64,000 nucleotides of DNA from a bacterium (GTDB lineage Bacteria; UBA8248; JACPRG01; G963555815): contig OZ244653.1 in the NCBI GenBank assembly GCA_965218795.1, positions 4,064,001-4,128,000 on the forward strand, written 5' to 3'. The translations under genes and the position numbers were made by a program. How positions within the stretch are numbered: the stretch's first letter is position 1; each line of letters opens with the position of its first letter. Below are positions 1 through 8,559 of the stretch, in pieces. A model generated the notes under the pieces. It had not been told where the DNA came from. It searched no databases and worked only from the letters and a program-made list of their open reading frames with translations.

Positions 1-2
1 TG

Positions 3-266
3 AATCACTGGGGGGAGATCACGGAAATCCTTCTTGATGCCGACCCGGGCCTTCAGGTTCGGACGGCTGAGGAAATGGCGGGCACGATCCTTCGCCTCTT
101 GCGGGACCCGAATGCCATGCGGCGGGTCTGCCAAGCCGCGGATCAAGTGGTGGCACCGAATGCCGATGCGGTGGAAACCAACCTCGCGTTCGCAATTGAA
201 AAAATCGGCGAGGCCGGGATTACGGCTCAGCCGGCCGAAGCGGTTGCCGGGCCTGTCTCTCCATAA
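3..266 (+). CDS. Partial (3' end) glycosyltransferase, KDO transferase WaaA/KdtA-like C-terminus
   Basis: Frame is open from the window edge: NHWGEITEILLDADPGLQVRTAEEMAGTILRLLRDP...AADQVVAPNADAVETNL, resembling the GT-B C-terminus of WaaA. Confidence 0.55.
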   Translation, partial: NHWGEITEILLDADPGLQVRTAEEMAGTILRLLRDPNAMRRVCQAADQVVAPNADAVETNLAFAIEKIGEAGITAQPAEAVAGPVSP

Positions 267-328
267 CGCCCGATGGGCTGACCGCCTGTGGAATGTGACC
301 CGCTTTTCGAAGAGGGACCAGTAGCGTA

Positions 329-2299
329 GTGTGCGGAATCGTCGGAATCTATCATCGGGAAGGCGCGCCAGTGGATGTGGAGGCGTTGGTCCGGATGAAT
401 GACGCCATCTCCCATCGGGGGCCGGATGGGGAAGGATTCGTCTTCCTGGATCCGTCCGGTGCAGATCCGCCCCAGTTTGAAGCTCGGCCCTCCCCGGCCG
501 ACACGTCCTTCCGCCCGTTGGGTCTCGCCAACCGCCGTCTCAGCATCATCGATCTTTCAGGACACGGCACCCAGCCCATGTGCAACGAGGACGGGTCGGT
601 CTGGGTGGTCTTTAACGGCGAGATTTACAACCATGTGGAGCTTGCGGAGCAGCTGAAGACTCGTGGGCATCAATTCCGCAGCCGTTGCGACACCGAGGTG
701 ATCCTTCATGCCTACGAGGAGTGGGGGGAGGCGTGCCTCGACCGATTCAACGGGATGTGGGGATTCGCCCTGTGGGATGGGCGTTCCAAGAGGCTTTTCT
801 GCGCGCGGGATCGCTTGGGAATTAAGCCGTTCTATTACTTCGACGACGGCGCGCGCTTCATATTCGCTTCGGAGATCAAGGCTATCCTGCTGCATCCGGA
901 GATCCCCCGGAAGCCGCATGGTCCCACCATCTATCGGTATCTGGCCACTGGCTCCGGATTAATGGATTTCACGGATGCCACATTTTTCGAAGGAATTTCC
1001 CAGCTTCCGCCCTCGCATTACTTGATCCTTCAAGACGGCCGGATGCAGGTTCGGCGGTATTGGGACATTGAGCGGTCCAAGAACGGCGAGATCCCGAAGA
1101 CGGACGCCGAAGCGGCCGAGCGCTTTCGCGAACTTTTTTCCGATGCCGTCCGGCTTCGCCTGCGCAGCGACGTTCCCTTGGGTGTCTGCCTCAGCGGGGG
1201 ACTCGATTCTTCCTCCATCGCTTGCGTCGCCGCGGAGGAGATTCGGCCGTCCCGGCTCAGAACGTTTTCCTCCTGTTTTGACGATCCCCAATACGACGAG
1301 CGGGACTTCATACAGCCGGTCGTAGAACACACGGGCGCGGAAGCCCACTATGTGTTCCCGCAAGTGGGCGAACTTTTCGATCAGCTCTCTCACATCATCT
1401 GGTTTCAAGATGAGCCCTTTCACAACCTGAATCAATTCGCGCAGTGGTACGTTATGCGCTCGGTCCGCGGGCAGGGCGTCAAGGTGGTCCTCAGCGGCCA
1501 CGGGGGGGATGAACTTCTGAACGGCTACCCGCAGGACTTCGTCTACCACTTCGCCGACCTCCTCGGGGCCGGCAGGTGGAGTTCGCTGGCGAGGGAGCTG
1601 AAGGCTTACCAGTCGGCGGGGTGGGGCGGTGCGGGTTCCGCGATGGTATCGGCCGTCCGGGTCTTGGCCAGCCTGAAAACGCCCGAGGGCTGGAAGCGGT
1701 CGCTCAAACGAAACGGTACCGGGTTCCGCGGAATTCTCCACCCCGACTTCGTCCGGAAGCATACCGCGCCGGAGACCATGGGGCTTCGGGGGGGGGCGGC
1801 CCTGCGGACCTGCTCCTACATGGGCCTGCGAATGTATCCCGTCCCAGGATGGCTTCACTTCGAAGATCGAAATAGCATGGCCTTTTCCGTAGAATCCAGA
1901 ATTCCGTTTCTGGACTATCGTCTCGTAGAGTACGCCTACGGCCTGCCGGGGAATCAAAAGATTCGGGAAGGGCGGACGAAGGTTGTCCTTCGCAACGCGA
2001 TGAAGGGTACCCTGCCGGAGATCATCCGCAACCGAACGGACAAGAAAGGCTTTCTCGCCCCGACCGACCTCTGGATGAAAACAGATATGCGGGAGACCGT
2101 TCAGGACTTGTTCCGTTCAGAATCCTTCCGCTCCAGAAACATTTTCAACCCGGAGGCCGTCCTTCGGGAATACGAGAGGCATTGCCGGGGGGAGCAGAAC
2201 ATCCGGCTGGCGCTCTGGAGCTGGGTGAACCTCGAGCTCTGGATGCGGAGGATGACGGATGGTCCCCTCATCCCGTCTACCGCTCCTGTCGCCGTCTGA
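329..2299 (+). CDS. asnB: Asparagine synthase (glutamine-hydrolysing) family amidotransferase, glycan-cluster type
   Basis: N-terminal MCGIVG, HRGPD, FNGEIYN, ARDRLGIKP, LSGGLDSS, SGHGGDE, ESRIPFLD. Confidence 0.95.
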   Translation: MCGIVGIYHREGAPVDVEALVRMNDAISHRGPDGEGFVFLDPSGADPPQFEARPSPADTSFRPLGLANRRLSIIDLSGHGTQPMCNEDGSVWVVFNGEIYNHVELAEQLKTRGHQFRSRCDTEVILHAYEEWGEACLDRFNGMWGFALWDGRSKRLFCARDRLGIKPFYYFDDGARFIFASEIKAILLHPEIPRKPHGPTIYRYLATGSGLMDFTDATFFEGISQLPPSHYLILQDGRMQVRRYWDIERSKNGEIPKTDAEAAERFRELFSDAVRLRLRSDVPLGVCLSGGLDSSSIACVAAEEIRPSRLRTFSSCFDDPQYDERDFIQPVVEHTGAEAHYVFPQVGELFDQLSHIIWFQDEPFHNLNQFAQWYVMRSVRGQGVKVVLSGHGGDELLNGYPQDFVYHFADLLGAGRWSSLARELKAYQSAGWGGAGSAMVSAVRVLASLKTPEGWKRSLKRNGTGFRGILHPDFVRKHTAPETMGLRGGAALRTCSYMGLRMYPVPGWLHFEDRNSMAFSVESRIPFLDYRLVEYAYGLPGNQKIREGRTKVVLRNAMKGTLPEIIRNRTDKKGFLAPTDLWMKTDMRETVQDLFRSESFRSRNIFNPEAVLREYERHCRGEQNIRLALWSWVNLELWMRRMTDGPLIPSTAPVAV

Positions 2300-2319
2300 G
2301 ACAAAGAATCGATTCGCCA

Positions 2320-3525
2320 ATGTCCGAACAAGGGAAGGATTCGCGGTCGAACGTCCGTCCGGATCGCACTCTCCGCGTCCTTCAGGTCATCGAGTCGCTT
2401 TCGCGAGGCGGGGCGGAGCGGCGGTTGGTCAATGACCTGACGTACCTCGGCGGGTTGGGCGTTGACAGCCGTGTCGTCCACGTCCTCCCCGCGGACGACC
2501 TTCGCGGAGAGGTGGAGGCCCTGGGCTGGGAGGTCGAATGGCTCGGCGTCTTCGGTCCCCGGAACCTTCCCGGAGGGATTGTTCGCCTCAAGCGCTTAAT
2601 CCGATCCTACCGGCCGGACATTGTCCACTCGCAGCTTTTCTTCGCCAATGTGTGCGCGCGCTTGGCCGGACGCTGGGCGGGAGGCGTGCCCGTCATGACC
2701 TCGATTCAGAACACCATGTATGAGCCCGATTGGAAGGGATTTTACGACCAGAGCAAACGGCTCATCCTGGATCGGTTCACGTCCAGGAGGTTTTGCCATC
2801 ACGCCGTCGCCGTCTCCCACCATGCCATGCGATCCGCCGTGCGGCTTCTGGGTTTTCGGCAAGAGCAGGTTACCGTCATCCACAACACGGTGGATACCGC
2901 TCGGTTCGACGCGCCCGATCCGGAGCTACGCAAGGCCGTCCGAGCGGAGCTGGGGGCGGCTCCGGATGAGTTTGTCGCCGTCAGCGCGGCCCGTTTCGTG
3001 CCGCAGAAAGGGTTTCACGTCATGGCGATGGCCATGCCATCTCTGATACGGGAGGTCCCCGGTGCACGGCTGTTCTTGGCGGGGGGAGGGGAGGAGGAGC
3101 CGCGTTTACGCGGTCTTTGCCGCGAACTGGGACTGGGCGATCGCGTCCAGTTTCTGGGCGTTCGAGACGACCTGCACCGCGTTTTCCAGGGGATGGATGC
3201 CTTCATCTTCGCCCCACTCGCTTCGGAGGGATTTCCGTTGGTCCTGCTGGAGGCGATGGCCTTGAGCGTCCCAGTCGTGGCTAGCCGAATCGAGCCGATG
3301 GGAGAGATGATTCACCACGGAAAAAGCGGCCTGCTCTTCTCTCCCGGCGACCCGGACGATCTAGCAGCCTCTCTGGCCGAACTTGCGAAGGATGGGGGCC
3401 GGAGGAAGCAGATCGCCGAGGCTGGCCGCAGACGGGCCCACGGCGAATTCAATGCGGGAAGAGGCGCTTGTCGTCTGGCGGAATGCTACCGGATAGTAGC
3501 GGATCGGCACGGAAAACGGGTTTGA
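2320..3525 (+). CDS. GT4 family glycosyltransferase
   Basis: GGAERR, RFVPQKG, EGFPLVLLEAMA; start placed at ATG 2320 after the asnB stop. Confidence 0.9.
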   Translation: MSEQGKDSRSNVRPDRTLRVLQVIESLSRGGAERRLVNDLTYLGGLGVDSRVVHVLPADDLRGEVEALGWEVEWLGVFGPRNLPGGIVRLKRLIRSYRPDIVHSQLFFANVCARLAGRWAGGVPVMTSIQNTMYEPDWKGFYDQSKRLILDRFTSRRFCHHAVAVSHHAMRSAVRLLGFRQEQVTVIHNTVDTARFDAPDPELRKAVRAELGAAPDEFVAVSAARFVPQKGFHVMAMAMPSLIREVPGARLFLAGGGEEEPRLRGLCRELGLGDRVQFLGVRDDLHRVFQGMDAFIFAPLASEGFPLVLLEAMALSVPVVASRIEPMGEMIHHGKSGLLFSPGDPDDLAASLAELAKDGGRRKQIAEAGRRRAHGEFNAGRGACRLAECYRIVADRHGKRV

Positions 3526-3671
3526 GACTGCGATAAGCGGTCATCACGCCGCTTGACGGCTCAACGGGTTGTGTCGGGTTTGATTGAACGGTTGTGCAAT
3601 CGGCGCCGGTCCGGGAGATTGCAATCTGTTATCCTGGTCGGGCCGGCCCAAATGTTTCTTGTGAGAGGGTC

Positions 3672-4355
3672 ATGAAGCTCTCCATCGTAATGCCCGTATA
3701 CAATGAACGCCGGACGATCGAGGAGATCCTTCTGCAGGTCCGGTCCCTGGATTTCGAAAAGGAGATCATCGTCGTAGACGATTGCTCCACCGACGGAACT
3801 CGCGAATGGTTGACTGAGCAAGACGGGCAGGGGATTCGGGTATTGTTCCACGATCGAAACCGGGGCAAAGGCGCCGCGTTGCGGACGGGATTCGCCGAGG
3901 CGACGGGCGATGTCGTGGTTCCCCAGGATGCGGACCTGGAATACGATCCCCAGGACCTCAAGCGCCTACTCGTCCCGTTCGAGCGGGGAGTGGCAGACGC
4001 GGTGTATGGATCCCGGCTGATCGGTGGCGCGCCCCAGCGTGTGCACCTGTTCTGGCACCGGCTGGGGAACAATTTCCTCTCCTTTTTGACCAACCTGATG
4101 TACAACTCCACCCTCAGCGACATGGAAACCTGTTACAAGATGATCCGGGCCGACGTCCTGAAGGGCTTGAGCCTAACTTCCGAAGGGTTCTCCATCGAGC
4201 CGGAGATCACGGCGAAGATCCTCAAACAGAAGCTGCGGGTCTACGAGATACCCATCGCCTATTACGGCCGGACCTATGAGGAAGGCAAGAAGATCACCTG
4301 GAGGCACGGCTTCGGGGCGGTTTGGACGTTGTTCAAATACCGGTTTTCCATTTGA
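3672..4355 (+). CDS. GT2 glycosyltransferase (polyprenol-phosphate sugar synthase/DPM1-like)
   Basis: SIVMPVYNE, VDDCSTDGT, NRGKGAA, QDADLEYDP; ATG 3672 preceded by GAGAGG. Confidence 0.92.
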   Translation: MKLSIVMPVYNERRTIEEILLQVRSLDFEKEIIVVDDCSTDGTREWLTEQDGQGIRVLFHDRNRGKGAALRTGFAEATGDVVVPQDADLEYDPQDLKRLLVPFERGVADAVYGSRLIGGAPQRVHLFWHRLGNNFLSFLTNLMYNSTLSDMETCYKMIRADVLKGLSLTSEGFSIEPEITAKILKQKLRVYEIPIAYYGRTYEEGKKITWRHGFGAVWTLFKYRFSI

Positions 4356-4364
4356 GGGAACGAG

Positions 4365-5753
4365 TTGGTCTCTCTGTCGCAGGACGCAGGGCCGGATGGG
4401 CTCCCCTCAAGATATCGGGCCGGGCGGGCGCTGTTTCTGGACCTCTTCTCTCTGGCATTGCTGGTCCGGCTTCTTTTTTTGGTGCCGGTGCTGTTGGCAT
4501 TTGTCCGAGGCGATCCACCTTATCTCGGGGGCGATTGGGGGGCGTTTCATGATTGGGGGGAGAAGATCCTCTCAGGAGAGGGGATGGTCACGGACGGCCG
4601 GCCCACGGCCGAATACACCCCGCTGTACCCCTTGTTCATCGCGGGTGTCTATGCGATCACCGACTCCGCTCCCTGGGCGGTGCTCTTGGCGCAAACGGTC
4701 CTGGGTGCCCTGGCCTGTCCAATCGTAGCTGCGGCCGCGAAGGATCTGGTGGCGCATCCGGTCGGAGGACGGTACGCCGCAGCAACGGCGGGAATCCTGC
4801 ACGCTCTCTACCCGCCACTGATCAAGTCCGAGCAGCTTGTCATGACCGAGGCCCTGTTTGCTTTCTGGACGGCCATTTGCCTCTGGATTCTGATCCGGCT
4901 GGGACGCCGGATGACACTCGGTGGAATGGCGTTGCTGGGCTTGGTCGGTGCCCTGGGTTCGTTGACGAAGCCCTCCCTGGCGATTCTGCCGTTTGTGGCC
5001 GGCGGGGCCCTGGCCGTGAAGGATTGTATCCGGACCCGGCGCTTCGGGCCTTCATTCCTCAAGGTGTTGGTTCTGGTGGTTGTCTTCGCAGGCGTGCTCT
5101 CGCCATGGGTTGCGAGAAACTACAAGGCCTTCGGCCGCTTCGTGCCGCTCGGGACGGAGGGCGGCATCGTCTTTTATGACGGCTTGAACCTGAAGGAGGG
5201 CTGGAAACCGGGCTTCCGTACCCACGACCAGATCACAGCGCAGGCGGCGAAGATCGAGCCGGAGCCCGACCGCAGCGCCTTTCTGATGCGCGCCGGCTGG
5301 AAGAAACTCACGGCCAATCCGGGCCATTTGCCCTTGCTCATCGGTGTCAAGACGCTCTTTTTCTGGAGCCCATTCGACTGGGAGATCTTTCTGAACGGCG
5401 CGTACAGCTTCGGATTCGTTTTTCTCCTGCCCTTCGCCGTTTGCGCTTTCCTCCGGTTGGACTCCCCGGATCGGCCGGGCCGGGTGGACATGTGGAACCG
5501 CGTGGGCCTCTGGCCGGTTTGGGGCATGGTGGCCTACTTCTTCGCCCTCGGGATTGTCTTCATCGGTTCGCCCCGTTTGCGGCTGCCGTGTGAAATCGGC
5601 ATCCTGGTTCTGGCAGCGTTGGGGATGGTCAGGCTCATTCAGACGAAGACCCGGCGGACCTTTTGGACGGCATCCGCGGTTTGGCTGGCGGCAAACGTTG
5701 TGATGTTCTATTTGTCTGATGCACTTCGCTCATGGTTGAAGATCGCGTTATAA
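4365..5753 (+). CDS. Polytopic membrane GT-C fold glycosyltransferase (ArnT/PMT-like)
   Basis: Many hydrophobic segments; PLYPLF, MTEALF, LTKP, PWVARNY, PRLRLP motifs. Confidence 0.75.
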   Translation: MVSLSQDAGPDGLPSRYRAGRALFLDLFSLALLVRLLFLVPVLLAFVRGDPPYLGGDWGAFHDWGEKILSGEGMVTDGRPTAEYTPLYPLFIAGVYAITDSAPWAVLLAQTVLGALACPIVAAAAKDLVAHPVGGRYAAATAGILHALYPPLIKSEQLVMTEALFAFWTAICLWILIRLGRRMTLGGMALLGLVGALGSLTKPSLAILPFVAGGALAVKDCIRTRRFGPSFLKVLVLVVVFAGVLSPWVARNYKAFGRFVPLGTEGGIVFYDGLNLKEGWKPGFRTHDQITAQAAKIEPEPDRSAFLMRAGWKKLTANPGHLPLLIGVKTLFFWSPFDWEIFLNGAYSFGFVFLLPFAVCAFLRLDSPDRPGRVDMWNRVGLWPVWGMVAYFFALGIVFIGSPRLRLPCEIGILVLAALGMVRLIQTKTRRTFWTASAVWLAANVVMFYLSDALRSWLKIAL

Positions 5754-5772
5754 ATGCCACTGAGGCCGCGAA

Positions 5773-6801
5773 ATGGCCGAGGCAATATTGCATGGGATGG
5801 GGGGTGGATCGCTGGGCTGGAAAAGGAAAAACGTCTTGGTGACCGGAGCCGGGGGATTCGTGGGAAGCCACCTGGTGGAGCTGCTGTTGCGGGAGGGTGC
5901 CCACGTCCGGGGACTCGTCCGCTACAACTCGCGGAATGCATCGGGCTTCCTGTCCGAATTTGCTGCGGATTATCCGGATACGCTGGAAATCACCGCCGGT
6001 GACCTGAACGCCGAGGAAACGATACGTGCGGCCATGAAGGGGCAGGAGGTGGTCTTTCATCTGGCGGCCCTGATCGGAATCCCGTACTCATACCTTCATC
6101 CGGCGGAGGTGGTCCAGACCAACGTCGTCGGAACGCTGAACGTGCTTTTGGCGGCCCGGGATGAAGGGGTGGAGCGCGTTGTTCACACTTCGACCAGCGA
6201 GGTCTATGGCTCTGCGATTTCCGTGCCCATCGCTGAAAGCCATCCCCTCCAGCCTCAGTCGCCTTATTCGGCGACTAAAATCGGCGCGGATGCCATTGCC
6301 CTGAGCTTCCACAACGCCTTCGATCTGCCTGTGGCCGTCATCCGACCGTTCAATGTGTACGGGCCCCGCCAGTCGGCTCGGGCGGTGATCCCGGCGATCA
6401 TTGTCCAGGCGCTGGCGAGGGACGTCGTCAGGCTGGGCGCGACGCATCCGCGGCGGGACCTGACGTTCGTGGAAGATACCGCGAGGGGCTTCCTGGCCGT
6501 GGGGGGATCGACCGAGGCCGTTGGGCAGGTCACCAACATCGGGTCGGGGTTCGAGATCACGATCGGCGAACTGGTGGAGAGGATCATCGATAGGATCGGC
6601 CGTCCCGTGAAGCTGGAGACCGAAGAATCCCGCCTGCGGCCCGGCAGGAGCGAAGTCACGCGTCTGTGGGCGTATACTAAGAAGGCCAAGGAATTATTGG
6701 GCTGGGAGCCGCAGGTTTCCCTCGACCAGGGCCTCGACCGGACCATTGCGTATATTCGGGAGCGCCTGCCTGAATACAATCCCGACCGTTACACTGTGTA
6801 G
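5773..6801 (+). CDS. NAD-dependent NDP-sugar 4,6-dehydratase/epimerase (LegB-like)
   Basis: TGAGGFVGS, HLAALIGIPYSY, TSTSEVYG, YSATK (YxxxK), RPFNVYGPRQS. Confidence 0.9.
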   Translation: MAEAILHGMGGGSLGWKRKNVLVTGAGGFVGSHLVELLLREGAHVRGLVRYNSRNASGFLSEFAADYPDTLEITAGDLNAEETIRAAMKGQEVVFHLAALIGIPYSYLHPAEVVQTNVVGTLNVLLAARDEGVERVVHTSTSEVYGSAISVPIAESHPLQPQSPYSATKIGADAIALSFHNAFDLPVAVIRPFNVYGPRQSARAVIPAIIVQALARDVVRLGATHPRRDLTFVEDTARGFLAVGGSTEAVGQVTNIGSGFEITIGELVERIIDRIGRPVKLETEESRLRPGRSEVTRLWAYTKKAKELLGWEPQVSLDQGLDRTIAYIRERLPEYNPDRYTV

Positions 6802-7120
6802 ACGGACGGGAGACTTTTTACGTCGAAGCTGGCATCGGGATATCGTGCCTCCCCATTGTTTGTCATGGAGGAAGTATCGATAGCCTTGTGCAATTTGTCC
6901 GATGCCGGCTTCCTTGAATCTGGAAATCCATGGATTTAGATTGTGTTTGAGAATGTAGGATATCTCTTCGGGTTGTGGTGTGATCGAGTGGAGGATAATT
7001 GCGGCCAATCGGGCGGCCAAACGCGAGGGTGCCGGTTGCGTTGAAAAGCGGGCGACCCAGGCCTCCCTTCAGGGCGGGTCAGAGGTTGCTCCTCCAGGTT
7101 ATTTCCGTGGAAATCTCAAG

Positions 7121-7825
7121 ATGCGTGCGGTGATTCTGGCAGGCGGCCTCGGCACGAGACTCCGCCCTTTGACATTTTCCATTCCCAAACCGCTCCTTCC
7201 GGTGGGCGAACATCCGATCCTGGAGCTTATCCTCAATCGGCTGATGGAGTTTGACTTTGAGAATTTCATCTTCTCCGTTGGATATCGTGCGGAACTGATC
7301 GAGACCTACTTCGGCGACGGCTCCCGGTTTGGAATCCGCATTCACTACCTCAAAGAGGAAGAGCCTACGGGAACTGCAGGCTGCCTCGAACTGATGAGAC
7401 GAAATTTTGATGTGGCCGAAGATGAGACCTTTCTCCTCATGAACGGCGACATTCTGACCGAGCTCGATTTCAGCCGGTTCATTCATCATCACGCCAAAGA
7501 ACAATTTGAGTTGACCGTGGGAGTGAAGGAAATCGATAGGCAGCTTCCCTACGGCGTCTTAGAGGAAAAGGACGGCCTCGTCCGCCGAATCATTGAGAAG
7601 CCCGTGTCACGCTATCCTATATCCGCCGGCATCTATCTCCTCCAAGGGAGCACCCTCCCGTTCATTCCCGGGGATACGCACTTCACCATCCCGGATCTCG
7701 TGGAGAGCCTGGCTTCGAAGGGCCGGCGCGTGGGGAGTTACCTGATCGAAGAGTACTGGCTGGCCGTCGAGCATCAAGAAGACATGGAAAAGGCGCGGTC
7801 TCGCGTCGAGGGCGGTTCTGGATGA
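7121..7825 (+). CDS. Sugar-phosphate nucleotidyltransferase
   Basis: MRAVILAGGLGTRLRPLT..PKPLLPVG, GTAG, MNGDIL, EKP. Confidence 0.92.
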   Translation: MRAVILAGGLGTRLRPLTFSIPKPLLPVGEHPILELILNRLMEFDFENFIFSVGYRAELIETYFGDGSRFGIRIHYLKEEEPTGTAGCLELMRRNFDVAEDETFLLMNGDILTELDFSRFIHHHAKEQFELTVGVKEIDRQLPYGVLEEKDGLVRRIIEKPVSRYPISAGIYLLQGSTLPFIPGDTHFTIPDLVESLASKGRRVGSYLIEEYWLAVEHQEDMEKARSRVEGGSG

Positions 7826-8520
7826 CTTTCGAGCCGAAAAAGCTCACAGTCGTTATCCCCGTCTACAACGAGCGCAATACGATCGACGAAGTCATCCGCC
7901 GTGTACTGGAGGTGGACGTTGGTTTGGAGCTGGAATTGATCGTCTTGGATGGGAACTCGACCGACGGGACGCGGGAGTATCTTCATTCCTTGGAAGATCC
8001 CAGGATTCGGGTCATCCTGGAAGAGAAGCGCGGAGGGAAAGGGGCGGCCGTTCGCCTCGGCTACGAGCAGGCCACTGGAGACGTCGTGATCATCCAGGAC
8101 GCAGACCTCGAGCTGGACCCCGCCGAGTTTCCCAAGTTGCTGGCTCCCATCCTGGACGGGGAGGCCCAAGCCGTGTATGGAAGCCGATTCGCAAACGGCA
8201 GGGGCGCGACGCCGTTCGGCAGCTTCTTGGGCAACAAGGTCATCACGTGGGGAACCAATCTTCTGTTCTGTTCCCGCCTGACCGACATCGCCACCGCCTA
8301 CAAGGTCATCCGCAAGGACGTTCTCAATACGCTGCACCTGGTTTGCAACGGATTCGATTTCGATGCGGAAATCACTAACAAGCTGCTTATGAGCGGCATC
8401 CGAATCCGGGAAATCCCCGTCGCATATTCCCCCCGGGATCACGAGGCGGGGAAGAAGCTTCACTGGTCGGCCGGGTTCAGCGTCCTGCTCACCACCATCC
8501 GAAACCGGTTGAGCGGCTAA
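7822..8520 (+). CDS. GT2 glycosyltransferase (DPM1-like), paralogue of 3672-4355
   Basis: VVIPVYNE, STDGT, GKGAAV, QDADLELDP; ATGA overlap with upstream stop. Confidence 0.92.
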   Translation: MTFEPKKLTVVIPVYNERNTIDEVIRRVLEVDVGLELELIVLDGNSTDGTREYLHSLEDPRIRVILEEKRGGKGAAVRLGYEQATGDVVIIQDADLELDPAEFPKLLAPILDGEAQAVYGSRFANGRGATPFGSFLGNKVITWGTNLLFCSRLTDIATAYKVIRKDVLNTLHLVCNGFDFDAEITNKLLMSGIRIREIPVAYSPRDHEAGKKLHWSAGFSVLLTTIRNRLSG

Positions 8521-8559
8521 TCCTCGGCATTTCCCTGAGCTGTGGAGCCGGAGTGAATC

